Below, one piece after another: positions 54,936 to 63,808 of a DNA stretch of 64,000 bases (positions within the stretch are counted from its first letter, which is position 1; the number at the start of each line of letters is the position of its first letter). The notes beneath the pieces were generated by a model, which made no database searches, was not told the origin of the DNA, and saw nothing but the letters and a program-made list of their open reading frames with translations. Both the position numbers and the translations under genes were made by a program. Origin of the DNA: an uncultured archaeon (GTDB lineage Archaea > Aenigmatarchaeota > Aenigmatarchaeia > GW2011-AR5 > JAHLMP01); the NCBI GenBank assembly GCA_964428495.1, contig CAYRXY010000001.1:97473-161472 (forward strand), written 5' to 3'.

Positions 54936-55128
54936 AAAATATTTTTACTAATCCTCTATAATAAGTTTGTATCTTTTCGTTTTTTCGGGTTCGCATACAG
55001 TGGTCAGCCACCTTTTTTCTGTTTTTCAAAACTCTATATAACTACCTCCTACTAGTATGGCAAATTTTCTTGGATAAATTGATTCAAAATACTTATTCTT
55101 ATAACATCCATCTTATTACCAAGTTAAG

Positions 55129-55539
55129 CTATATTTTTCTAACACTTCTCTCAGCACCACAAGCTTCACATTTAAGAAACCATAATTTATTTCTCTTTAT
55201 TAATTTTGTATCAGGTTTTCCACATTCTTTACAGAATAAAAATTCGTTATAATAATTCTTAAGTGCCCGTTTAATTTCTTCTTTCCTAAAAACCCTTTGG
55301 AGAATCAATTTATTGCCTTCGATTTTTCCAGGTATTGCAAGTTCTTTGAAGAAATATCTCGCAATATGTTTTGGATCTCTTCTTATTGTATTTGCAATTT
55401 GAACAAAGTTCTGTATGATGGTGAGTTTACCACTTATAGTGACTACAGGCTCTGGTGTTTCAAACCTTTCGTGTTTTTTCACCTTAGGCATTTTTGATTC
55501 AGCTCTTTCAAGTAAATATTCATAATCCATCTTTCTCAC
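55129..55539 (-). CDS. eif2b: translation initiation factor 2 subunit beta (aIF2-beta)
   Basis: C-terminal zinc ribbon CKECGKPDTKL...LKCEACGA. About 135 aa. Confidence 0.9.
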   Translation of the reverse strand: MRKMDYEYLLERAESKMPKVKKHERFETPEPVVTISGKLTIIQNFVQIANTIRRDPKHIARYFFKELAIPGKIEGNKLILQRVFRKEEIKRALKNYYNEFLFCKECGKPDTKLIKRNKLWFLKCEACGAERSVRKI

Positions 55540-55927
55540 CTTCGAAACTTTCTAACGTCTTGAATCCTAAATATTTTCTCTTTGCGGCATCTATTGTACC
55601 AGTCACTCCCATAACTCTCACTATAGCATTTAGGTCGCCAATGTTTTTAATCATAATCAATGCACCTCTTACATACTCAACAGCATCGTGGGTACATCTT
55701 ATAACTCCTTGTTGCGTTTCCGGATTATAAAGATCTTTAATAAATTTAAGACCAATTTCACTAAGCTTTAATTCTCCTAAGAATGTAGATGCCGAAAACC
55801 AAACAGCTCTAGTAAGTTCTGAATATTCTATTGGCTTTTCGGATATAATTTCGAATACTATGTACCTTTCCTTCATTCTTAATGTGGGCGGTAAGATTTT
55901 AGGCCTGTCTTCCATCTTTCTCACCAA
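55520..55927 (-). CDS. rnp2: RNase P protein subunit Pop5 (Rpp14)
   Basis: LPPTLRMKERYIVFEI N-terminus and C-terminal VMGVTGTIDAAKRKY. Confidence 0.75.
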   Translation of the reverse strand: MVRKMEDRPKILPPTLRMKERYIVFEIISEKPIEYSELTRAVWFSASTFLGELKLSEIGLKFIKDLYNPETQQGVIRCTHDAVEYVRGALIMIKNIGDLNAIVRVMGVTGTIDAAKRKYLGFKTLESFEGEKDGL

Positions 55928-56642
55928 TTATTCTAACGCTTCCAAATCTTTTTCCCTCCAATTTTTCACGATTTATTCTTATAATATCTTCGGGTATAGT
56001 GGAAACAGATTGAATAGATTTACCCAATTCCATACCTAACAAAAATCCTATTGATGCAAGATCTCTAGGAGCTCTTAGATTCCAAATACTCTTTGCACCG
56101 CTTGTTATAATTATCTTAGTATTATACTTTTCTGCTAACATAATGTTATTTCTTATGAACGCCATAGTTCTACTTCTATGACCTGAATTCAGTATTTCGC
56201 TAAAGTTTATCTCTATGGCTACGTCGTTCTCTTCAGCGGCTTTCATACATATGTGATCAAGACCAGAATCTTTCCTTCCTTTTTCTGGATGAGCTAAAAT
56301 ATCTACTCTGGAATCCTCACACGCGGCTCTATTTATTTCGTATGTTCCACCACTTACTATTAAAATTTCGTAATTTGTTCTTGATTCTGAAAGCTCTTTC
56401 TTGAGCTCATCTTTTGAATTTACAACGATCATCTTAGAGCTTATAACATCGAATTCGTGTTTTTCGGAGAGCGATTTTGCAGTCTCTTTATCTATATTGA
56501 TAATAGAAATGCCTGAATAACCAAGGCGTTTAGCTAATTCTATAACCTTATCTACATCATTAACTTCTATATGAAGGTCGTAATAGTCCATAAAAATAAT
56601 AAAATTTTGAAGATTTTTAAAGGTCGAAATGATTTTAGTCAA
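55899..56642 (-). CDS. rnp3: RNase P protein subunit Rpp30
   Basis: TIM/PHP-like Rpp30 pattern: MDYYDLHIEV..., DILAHPE, IEINFSEIL. Likely true start at MDYYDLH (56591). Between eL15 and Pop5, as in the conserved archaeal arrangement. Confidence 0.75.
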   Translation of the reverse strand: MTKIISTFKNLQNFIIFMDYYDLHIEVNDVDKVIELAKRLGYSGISIINIDKETAKSLSEKHEFDVISSKMIVVNSKDELKKELSESRTNYEILIVSGGTYEINRAACEDSRVDILAHPEKGRKDSGLDHICMKAAEENDVAIEINFSEILNSGHRSRTMAFIRNNIMLAEKYNTKIIITSGAKSIWNLRAPRDLASIGFLLGMELGKSIQSVSTIPEDIIRINREKLEGKRFGSVRIIGEKDGRQA

Positions 56643-56652
56643 TCATCGATTT

Positions 56653-57162
56653 TTATCTTCTTAACCCTCTTGATTTTCTTCCAGCACTCGTCAAACCACG
56701 AAATGCACGACCTTTCCGATTTTTAATCCACTTTATTTTAGGATCAGATTTTATGATAGAATGGTTAGGATCTACAAGAATTACCTCATAGTATTTGTAA
56801 ACACCATCATCTCCTACCCAGTAAGAGTTTAGGACTTCAAGATTTGGAAACTTTCTTGCCGCTTTTTCCTCTGCTATCCACTGAAGACTCTTTGATGGGG
56901 TAAATTTAGAAACACCAGCCCTCCTAGGTCTTCTACCAGCTCTTGATCTAGGCTTTTTTCTTCCACCTTTTTTTACCCTTACCCTAGAAATTACATAACC
57001 TTGTTTTGTTTGATAACCAAGTGACCTAGCTCTATCTAATCTTGTTGGCTTTTCAACCCTTGTAACAACAGGCTCTTTTCTCCATTTCTTCATGAGTTCC
57101 TTCAGGCCTGTTGTCCTCCTCGGTTTTTTCCATAACTTTCTCAATATCTGATGAAATCCCAT
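56653..57162 (-). CDS. rpl15e: 50S ribosomal protein eL15
   Basis: [14 protein letters not shown]...[31 protein letters not shown]. Start taken at MGFHQ; the ORF track extends to 57243. Confidence 0.85.
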   Translation of the reverse strand: MGFHQILRKLWKKPRRTTGLKELMKKWRKEPVVTRVEKPTRLDRARSLGYQTKQGYVISRVRVKKGGRKKPRSRAGRRPRRAGVSKFTPSKSLQWIAEEKAARKFPNLEVLNSYWVGDDGVYKYYEVILVDPNHSIIKSDPKIKWIKNRKGRAFRGLTSAGRKSRGLRR

Positions 57163-57280
57163 ATCAACCACTTTAATAAAGTTATTTCTACGAAGGTAAT
57201 AATTTAAAGTTTTATTATTCAGTTTAAAAATATTAAAGTTCATAAAGAATTGTAACTTAAAATATTTGTTGTGGTGAATT

Positions 57281-58252
57281 ATGCCGTCACGAAAAAGACC
57301 TAGGAGAGGAAGTTTGCAGTACTATCCAAGAAAAAGGTCTAGGAGGATTTATCCAAGAATAAACTTCTCAGAAGAAATGAAAGAGGGATTGAAGGAGGTC
57401 AAGCCCTTAGTCTTTGTTGGTTACAAAGCAGGAATGACTCATGTTCAAATCACTAAAGGTAACAAAATTGAATCAATCCCTGTTACCGTTATAGATGCTC
57501 CACCTGTTTTTGTATGTGGTCTTCGATTCTATGGTAAAGATACATCTGGTTTTAAACCTCTTGGTGAGATCTGGGCAAAAAATATTCCAAAAGACTTGGA
57601 AATTGAAAGAAGAATAGGAAAGGGAAAGAAGAAAAAGGAATTTGAGTTTGAAAAGAATAAAGACAGAGTTGTTGAGATTAGATTAATTGTATGTACACAG
57701 CCAAAAAAATCTGGGATACATAAGAAAAAACCAGAATTATTTGAGATTGCCCTGGGTGGTAGTGTTGAGGAGCAATACAAGTATGGAGCTGACAAAATTG
57801 GGAAGGAACTAAAGCCGGAGGAAGTGTTTAGAGTCGGTGAGTATTGTGATGTAACCGCTGTTACTAAGGGTCATGGATATACTGGCTCAGTTAAACGATT
57901 TGGAATTAAAATACAGGGAAGAAAAGATGAACAGCACCATCGTCATCCAGGTTCTATCGGTTCTACAATACCTCGAAAGATTGATTGGAGAGTTCCACTT
58001 CCAGGTCAGTATGGATTTTTCCAAAGAACAGAGTATAATAAACATATTATAATGATCAATGAAGACGCTAAAAAGGTAAATCCTGTTAGTGGTTTTGTAA
58101 ATTATGGTCTTGTTAAAGGTTCATTCATACTTGTTGAGGGATCTGTTCCAGGCCCGAAAAAAAGATTGATATTTTTAAGAAGACCGCTTCGAACTAAGAA
58201 GTATGAGCCTATTGAGGTAAAATATATATCACAGAAAAGTCAACAAGGGTGA
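57281..58252 (+). CDS. rpl3: 50S ribosomal protein uL3
   Basis: [16 protein letters not shown]-terminus and GYKAGMTHV. First gene of the L3-L4-L23-L2 block. Confidence 0.9.
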   Translation: MPSRKRPRRGSLQYYPRKRSRRIYPRINFSEEMKEGLKEVKPLVFVGYKAGMTHVQITKGNKIESIPVTVIDAPPVFVCGLRFYGKDTSGFKPLGEIWAKNIPKDLEIERRIGKGKKKKEFEFEKNKDRVVEIRLIVCTQPKKSGIHKKKPELFEIALGGSVEEQYKYGADKIGKELKPEEVFRVGEYCDVTAVTKGHGYTGSVKRFGIKIQGRKDEQHHRHPGSIGSTIPRKIDWRVPLPGQYGFFQRTEYNKHIIMINEDAKKVNPVSGFVNYGLVKGSFILVEGSVPGPKKRLIFLRRPLRTKKYEPIEVKYISQKSQQG

Positions 58253-58257
58253 AATGA

Positions 58258-59058
58258 ATGGAAGTAAAGATATATGGAATAGATGGAAAGGAAAAAGGTA
58301 AAATTAAATTACCAAAGGTTTTTCAAACAAAAGTTAGGGAAGATATCATAAGAAGGGCAGTTCTTGCTATCCAGAGTTGGAGGAGACAAGCATATGGTGC
58401 AGATAAACTTGCTGGAAAGAGAACAAGTGCTCACTATCACGGTCGAAGAGGTGAAAGATGGACAATGATGGGTCGTGGGATGTCTAGATTACCAAGAATT
58501 CATGGTGACGTTGGCCATCTTGTATGGCGTGCGAGATTCGCACCACAAGCCGTGAAGGGTAGAAAGGCCCATCCACCTAAACCAGAAAAGAATTGGAAGC
58601 AAAAGATTAACAATAAGGAATTACTCCTTGCATTAAAATCAGCTCTAGCCGCGACTGTTGATCTGACTCTGGTAAAGAAGAGAGGTCATAGATATGACGG
58701 TGAAGTTCCAATCGTTTTGGATGATGATTTTGAGAATCTTAGTAAATCTAAAGATGTCGTTGAACTTTTAAAGAAAATCGGGTTGGAAAAGGAGTTGGAA
58801 AGAGCAAAACAGAAGAAGATAAGATCAGGTAAGGGTAAAAGGAGAGGTAGAAAATACATAAAAAAGAAAGGGCCTATAATCATAGTTTCAAAAGATTGTA
58901 ACGTAATAAAGGCTGCAAGAAATATTGCTGGTGTCGATATTATAACCGTTGATGAATTGAAAAAAGATATGAATGTAGAGCTGCTCGCTCCTGGTACTCA
59001 TCCAGGAAGACTTTTAATAATAACAAAATCAGCTCTTAATGCTTTTGAAAATGGGTGA
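58258..59058 (+). CDS. rpl4: 50S ribosomal protein uL4
   Basis: Position after uL3. RRQAYGADKLAGKRTSA...GRGMSRLPR. Confidence 0.9.
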   Translation: MEVKIYGIDGKEKGKIKLPKVFQTKVREDIIRRAVLAIQSWRRQAYGADKLAGKRTSAHYHGRRGERWTMMGRGMSRLPRIHGDVGHLVWRARFAPQAVKGRKAHPPKPEKNWKQKINNKELLLALKSALAATVDLTLVKKRGHRYDGEVPIVLDDDFENLSKSKDVVELLKKIGLEKELERAKQKKIRSGKGKRRGRKYIKKKGPIIIVSKDCNVIKAARNIAGVDIITVDELKKDMNVELLAPGTHPGRLLIITKSALNAFENG

Positions 59059-59063
59059 AGTAG

Positions 59064-59282
59064 ATGGCCGATGTTTTGTTAGAAAGAATGGAGAGGATCT
59101 TAGAGAAAATGGATAAAGATATTAGTAGGATAGTGGAAGACTTAGGGGTAGAAAATGAAAAAATAGGTTTTGGTGTTGTCGAGGAGATTGAATCTAGGAT
59201 GAAAGGTAACGTTACTCAAAAACGAGTAGATGCTTTGAAGATTGTTAATAAGTTGAAGAAAGAGGTAGAGGAGTTATGGTAG
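59064..59282 (+). CDS. 72-aa acidic hypothetical protein inserted between uL4 and uL23
   Basis: GGTGA Shine-Dalgarno-like sequence upstream. Overlaps the uL23 start by 7 nt. K/E-rich helical sequence. Confidence 0.45.
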   Translation: MADVLLERMERILEKMDKDISRIVEDLGVENEKIGFGVVEEIESRMKGNVTQKRVDALKIVNKLKKEVEELW

Positions 59283-59542
59283 AAAAACCTTTCGAAATTT
59301 TAATTAGGCCACATACGAGTGAAAAATCAATATCGCTTATTGAGAAAGAGAATTCAATAGTATTCATAGTCGATAGAAGGTCGAATAAAGCTCAAATAAA
59401 ACAAGCGTTTGAAAAAGCATTTAATGTTAAGATTGATAAGGTAAGAACCACTATAACGAGAAAGGCTGAGAAGAAAGCATTTATAAAATTGAATAAGAAA
59501 TATTCAGCTGCTGATATTGCTGTTAGATTGGGAATAATCTAA
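59276..59542 (+). CDS. rpl23: 50S ribosomal protein uL23
   Basis: ILIRPHTSEKSISLIEKENSIVFIVDRRSNKAQIKQAFEKAFNVKIDKV. Confidence 0.9.
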   Translation: MVEKPFEILIRPHTSEKSISLIEKENSIVFIVDRRSNKAQIKQAFEKAFNVKIDKVRTTITRKAEKKAFIKLNKKYSAADIAVRLGII

Positions 59543-59551
59543 GGTGATTAT

Positions 59552-60247
59552 ATGCCAAAAAGATTAAAGCAACAACGAAGAGGAAAAGGTTCAAGTGTGT
59601 ATAGGGCACCTAGTCATAGGTTTATAGGTAAAGTAAAATATACAATTACAGGAAAGGCTGTTGGTAAGGTAGTAGACATTATTCATGATCCTGCTCGAGA
59701 TGCACCTGTTGCTGTGGTTAAGTTTCCTCAAAGAAAAGAACTTCTTCTTGCTCCTGAAGGTTTGAAGACCGGGGATGCTATAGAATACGATGGAGAGCCA
59801 AGAAAGGGTAATGTTCTTCCACTCGGAAAAATACCAGAAGGAACACAAATTTTCAATATAGAACTTAGGCCTAACGATGGTGGCAAGTTATGTAGATCGT
59901 CTGGAACCTTTGCGACGGTTATTGGTCACGAGAAGGGAAAAACAACTATAATGCTTCCATCCAGGGTCATTAAGAAGCTATCTGACAAATGTAGAGCTAC
60001 TATTGGTATTGTTGCTGGCTCTGGAAGAGGTTTAAAGCCATTCCTAAAGGCTGGTAATAAGTTTTACTTGATGAGGACGAGAGGAAAATATTATCCAATT
60101 GTTTCTGGTGTCGCCATGAACCCTGTAGATCATCCATTTGGCGGAAGGACCAAGCCAGGTAAGCCAAAGACAGTTTCAAGAAATACACCACCTGGTGCTA
60201 AAGTTGGTAGCATTGCTGCTCGAAGAACAGGAAAGAGAAAGAAGTAA
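59552..60247 (+). CDS. rpl2: 50S ribosomal protein uL2
   Basis: KQQRRGKGSSVYRAPSHRF N-terminus and MNPVDHPFGGRTKPGKP. Confidence 0.95.
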   Translation: MPKRLKQQRRGKGSSVYRAPSHRFIGKVKYTITGKAVGKVVDIIHDPARDAPVAVVKFPQRKELLLAPEGLKTGDAIEYDGEPRKGNVLPLGKIPEGTQIFNIELRPNDGGKLCRSSGTFATVIGHEKGKTTIMLPSRVIKKLSDKCRATIGIVAGSGRGLKPFLKAGNKFYLMRTRGKYYPIVSGVAMNPVDHPFGGRTKPGKPKTVSRNTPPGAKVGSIAARRTGKRKK

Positions 60248-62302
60248 TCACACAATTACTGCATCTACCACAATTCCTCCATGTTCATATACAATGACTG
60301 GATTTAAATCAATCTCCTTTATTTCAGGATGAAGCTCCATTATAGTTCCAACTATTTGTATCAGATTTTTTATAAATTCGATATCTTTTTTCTTTTCTCC
60401 TCTCACTCCTCTTAATATATTGTATATTTTTAATTTTTTTACCATAGCTTCGGCATAAGATTCTGTTATTGGCATAATTCCAAAGCTAACATCTTTTAAA
60501 ATTTCAACAAAAATTCCACCAGCACCGACCATAACAACAGGACCAAATATAGGATCTCTTTTAGCACCTACAATTATCTCTGTTCCTGGGTTTACCATCT
60601 CTTCTATCAAAATTCCATCTATTTTTGCATTTTTTATTTTATGTTTTCTAATGTATTCCTTTGCATTCTTCATGATTATTTTGAAGGCTCTCTCAGGATC
60701 TTTAGGATTTAGAACTACACAACCAGCATCAGTCTTGTGTCTTATCTGTGGAGAAGAAATCTTCATTACAAACCTTTTCATTTTCTTAGTAATGTTTAAC
60801 ATCTCAGTAGAACTTTTTACTAAGTATCCCGTTGGTGTTGGTATTCCATAAATATTAAGAACTTTTTTTGCATTGAATTCGTTTTTTTCTTTAAGTAAAT
60901 TTTCTATGATTTTTTTGTTTTGTTCCTTCATTTGAAGTACAAGATTCTTTAATGATTTACTCTTCTCAACAAATTTCCCTCTCCTACTGTATTCTACCAT
61001 ACATGATAAATACTCGATAGCTTTCTCTGGACTTTCAAAAGATGGTATGTTATGTTCTAGCAAATATTTCACAGCCTTGGTAACAGATTTTCCTCCAACG
61101 AATGAGGTAACGATTGTCTTATTAGAATTTATATTTACAATTTCCTTGGCTACTTCCATAGGTTCGGTCATTTCTTGTGGTGTAAGAATTATGAGAAGTC
61201 CATCTATATTTTTGTCCTCTATCAAACTATCTATGGATTTTTTGTATCGTTCAGGATCTGCATCTCCTATTATGTCTAAAGGATTATCAAAATTAGACGA
61301 ACTTGGAAGAAACGATTTTAGTTTCTTTACCGTCCTTTTTTCAAATTTTGGTAAATCCAGATTGGATTTTTCACAAGCATCTGCGGATATTACACCAAAT
61401 CCACCAGCATTTGTTAGTATACCAATTCTATTTGATCTTAACAATGGTTGTGTCGAAAAGAGAAACATTAAATTTATGAGTTGATCAAATCTATCTACCC
61501 TTATAATACCAGTCTGTTCAAACAATGCATTGTAGATTTCGTCCTCACCTGCGAGGGATCCTGTGTGAGAAGATGCAACTTTCTTTCCTTTTTTGGTTCT
61601 ACCACTTTTTAGAACTATAATAGGTTTTTTCTTAGAGACTTCTTTTGCAACATCAAAAAACCTTCTATCTTTTAACCCTTCAATATACATCGCTATAATT
61701 TTCGTTTCTTTATCTTCTATGAGATATTTTAATATTTCGCTCTCCTGAATATCTACCTTGTTCCCTACACTCACTACCTTTGACATTCCAATCCCAAGTT
61801 CCTTTGAAACGTCTAGGATAGAATCAAGAATTGCACCACTCTGTGAAATTACTGCAATATGCCCTTTATCTGGAAAGATCTTTCCAAAAGTCGCGTTGAG
61901 GTTGTTTTCTGTATTCATCATTCCTAGACAGTTTGGACCTATTATTCTCATATCGTATCTTTTGCTAATTTCATATACTTCATTTTCTAATTCAATATTC
62001 CCAACCTCTTTAAAACCAGCTGAAATTATTACTACGGCCCTTACACCTTTTTCACCACATTCTTTCAGAACCTTTGGAACGATAACGTTGGGAACGGCTA
62101 TTACGGCAAGGTCTATATCATCTTTCACGTCTTTGATAGACGGGTAACATTTTAGTCCAAGAACATTAGTATGATTTGGATTTATAGGATAAACCTTTCC
62201 CCTAAATTGCTTTAAATTCTCTATTAAAGAATAGCCAACTTTTCCTTTTTTTGGAGTAGCCCCAATTACAGCGATTGATTTTGGATAAAAAAATTCTCTC
62301 AT
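60248..62302 (-). CDS. acd: acetate--CoA ligase (ADP-forming), fused alpha-beta
   Basis: N-terminal CoA-binding FFYPKSIAVIGATPKKGKVGY. Phosphohistidine context SSHTGSLAG. C-terminal ATP-grasp domain. 684 aa. Confidence 0.85.
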   Translation of the reverse strand: MREFFYPKSIAVIGATPKKGKVGYSLIENLKQFRGKVYPINPNHTNVLGLKCYPSIKDVKDDIDLAVIAVPNVIVPKVLKECGEKGVRAVVIISAGFKEVGNIELENEVYEISKRYDMRIIGPNCLGMMNTENNLNATFGKIFPDKGHIAVISQSGAILDSILDVSKELGIGMSKVVSVGNKVDIQESEILKYLIEDKETKIIAMYIEGLKDRRFFDVAKEVSKKKPIIVLKSGRTKKGKKVASSHTGSLAGEDEIYNALFEQTGIIRVDRFDQLINLMFLFSTQPLLRSNRIGILTNAGGFGVISADACEKSNLDLPKFEKRTVKKLKSFLPSSSNFDNPLDIIGDADPERYKKSIDSLIEDKNIDGLLIILTPQEMTEPMEVAKEIVNINSNKTIVTSFVGGKSVTKAVKYLLEHNIPSFESPEKAIEYLSCMVEYSRRGKFVEKSKSLKNLVLQMKEQNKKIIENLLKEKNEFNAKKVLNIYGIPTPTGYLVKSSTEMLNITKKMKRFVMKISSPQIRHKTDAGCVVLNPKDPERAFKIIMKNAKEYIRKHKIKNAKIDGILIEEMVNPGTEIIVGAKRDPIFGPVVMVGAGGIFVEILKDVSFGIMPITESYAEAMVKKLKIYNILRGVRGEKKKDIEFIKNLIQIVGTIMELHPEIKEIDLNPVIVYEHGGIVVDAVIV

Positions 62303-62327
62303 AGATTCACCTATAAGATTTAATTTA

Positions 62328-62807
62328 TTATTTTCGTTTATATTCTCTTTCTTCCACCCTTCTTAGCATTTCATTACTTAGTTTCTCTTTAACTCGATTG
62401 AATTCCTTTATGAATTTTTCCACTTCTCTTTTCAGGTCAGCTTCTTGCTCTGGAAGAAGGTACCAAATCGAGTAATCACCAAACTTCTTCGGTAGTGTGT
62501 ACTTAAGAATTTTGTATCCTCTTTGAACTGCTGTTAAGTATATATCAGAGTGCTTAGGGAATAACTTTCTTATTTCAGCCAGTGGGGTTGGGCCATTATT
62601 TCTTAGAAATTTTATGAACTTTGTAACTTTACTTTCTTCTGGTTTTCTTCCTCTAATCCATGCATAAACTGCCGAGTAACTTATTTGGAGCCTTTTAGCA
62701 ATTTCACTCATAGAAAGTCCTTGCTCTCTTAACTCGAGAAATTCGTTATATTTTTCATTGTAAAATTCTTTGGTTTTTCTCATCTTTCCCAAATAAAAAT
62801 TATACAA
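62328..62807 (-). CDS. helix-turn-helix DNA-binding protein, unknown function
   Basis: GLSMSEIAKRLQISYSAVYAWIRGRKP HTH followed by a possible winged-helix region. Confidence 0.5.
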   Translation of the reverse strand: MYNFYLGKMRKTKEFYNEKYNEFLELREQGLSMSEIAKRLQISYSAVYAWIRGRKPEESKVTKFIKFLRNNGPTPLAEIRKLFPKHSDIYLTAVQRGYKILKYTLPKKFGDYSIWYLLPEQEADLKREVEKFIKEFNRVKEKLSNEMLRRVEEREYKRK

Positions 62808-62840
62808 ACCTTTATTAAATGGTGATGAGATAGAATTTTT

Positions 62841-63272
62841 ATGTACGGTATTGAATCAGTAATGATAACAAGAATCATAATTTCATTTGTTCTTGGTGGT
62901 TTGATTGGTATCGAGAGGGAGTTGTCGCATAAGCCAGCAGGTCTGAAGACACATATCCTTGTTTCGATGGGTTCAGCATTGTTTACTACAATCTCAATAT
63001 TCAACTTTCCAATGGACAGTGCTCGAATGGTTGCAAATATAATTACAGGAATTGGGTTTATAGGTGCCGGTGCAATTATAGGCTCTCGAGGTCATGTACA
63101 AGGAATAACAACTTCTGCTACTATATGGATAGCAGCAGCAATAGGTATTGCTGTCGGTGTTGGATACTATACGTTGGCAACAACTGTTGCTATAATTTCA
63201 TTGATAGCTCTTCTAGTTCTAAGAAAGATTGAATTTAAAATTCTTAGAAGAAGGGGTCGAATGAGTAGTTGA
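62841..63272 (+). CDS. mgtC: MgtC/SapB-family membrane protein
   Basis: GGLIGIERE...KPAGLKTHILVSMGSALFT and ITGIGFIGAGAII motifs. Confidence 0.8.
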   Translation: MYGIESVMITRIIISFVLGGLIGIERELSHKPAGLKTHILVSMGSALFTTISIFNFPMDSARMVANIITGIGFIGAGAIIGSRGHVQGITTSATIWIAAAIGIAVGVGYYTLATTVAIISLIALLVLRKIEFKILRRRGRMSS

Positions 63273-63273
63273 A

Positions 63274-63282
63274 TATTTAAAT
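63274..63282 (+). promoter_or_regulatory. TATA box (TATTTAAAT) about 24 nt upstream of the C/D box sRNA
   Basis: Consensus-like archaeal TATA at the appropriate spacing. Confidence 0.4.
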
Positions 63283-63302
63283 TCTCTTTATTAATGTTAT
63301 TA

Positions 63303-63364
63303 GGGGCGATGATCTCACGCTCCAGTCTGATTTCAGTGATGACGGAAGTAGCTTGTGAGCCCCC
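63303..63364 (+). ncRNA. C/D box sRNA (2'-O-methylation guide)
   Basis: Terminal stem GGGGC/GCCCC. C box GCGATGA (63306-12), 14-nt spacer, D' box CTGA (63327-30), loop TTTCA, perfect C' box GTGATGA (63336-42), 12-nt spacer, D box GTGA (63355-58). TATA upstream and a T5 run downstream. Confidence 0.55.
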
Positions 63365-63367
63365 TCA

Positions 63368-63372
63368 TTTTT
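63368..63372 (+). terminator. oligo-T tract following the C/D sRNA
   Basis: TTTTT lies 4 nt after the terminal stem. Archaeal RNAP terminates at T-runs. Confidence 0.3.
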
Positions 63373-63429
63373 CGACCAAAGCTGTTAAGTTTAAATATTT
63401 TCTTTTCTTACTAATAATAGGCGATATGA

Positions 63430-63741
63430 ATGGTAAAGGTCGAAACATTTTCAGAATTGGTTGACAAGGAAGTTTTTACTGAGAGGGGAGCATATTGTGG
63501 AAAGGTAAGTGACGTCGAGTTAGATCTAGATAAATTCCGAGTAAGAGCAATTGTGGTTGATGCTGTTAGAGGTTCGTTTCTCTCCAGTTTGGTTGGTGGA
63601 AAGAAAGGTGTTGTAATTCCATTTCAGGTAGTTCAATCAATTGGTGATATAGTGATAATAAAGCAGTTTAATGCAGAGATGCTTGAAGCTCAGGCCAGAA
63701 CAACGCCAGAAATAGAAGAGCAACCCGCAATTACATTTTAA
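63430..63741 (+). CDS. PRC-barrel domain protein
   Basis: VFTERGAYCGKVSDVELDLDKFRVRAIVVD...VIPFQVVQSIGDIVII pattern. TATA GTTTAAATA upstream. Confidence 0.7.
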   Translation: MVKVETFSELVDKEVFTERGAYCGKVSDVELDLDKFRVRAIVVDAVRGSFLSSLVGGKKGVVIPFQVVQSIGDIVIIKQFNAEMLEAQARTTPEIEEQPAITF

Positions 63742-63808
63742 GTTTCTTCTTTTCTAATTTTCAATAAAAACATTTACTATCTTATTTTATTTTTATAGGG
63801 TGATTTTT

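Noticed and set aside
55000-55030. A small hairpin GTGG-TCAG-CCAC followed by TTTTTTCTGTTTTT on the plus strand, in the 193-bp spacer between the pilin-like gene and aIF2-beta. It looks like an intrinsic terminator or a tiny RNA.
   Set aside because: No plus-strand gene ends there. The 4-bp stem is too weak, and archaeal termination needs only T-runs, which are frequent in this AT-rich DNA.
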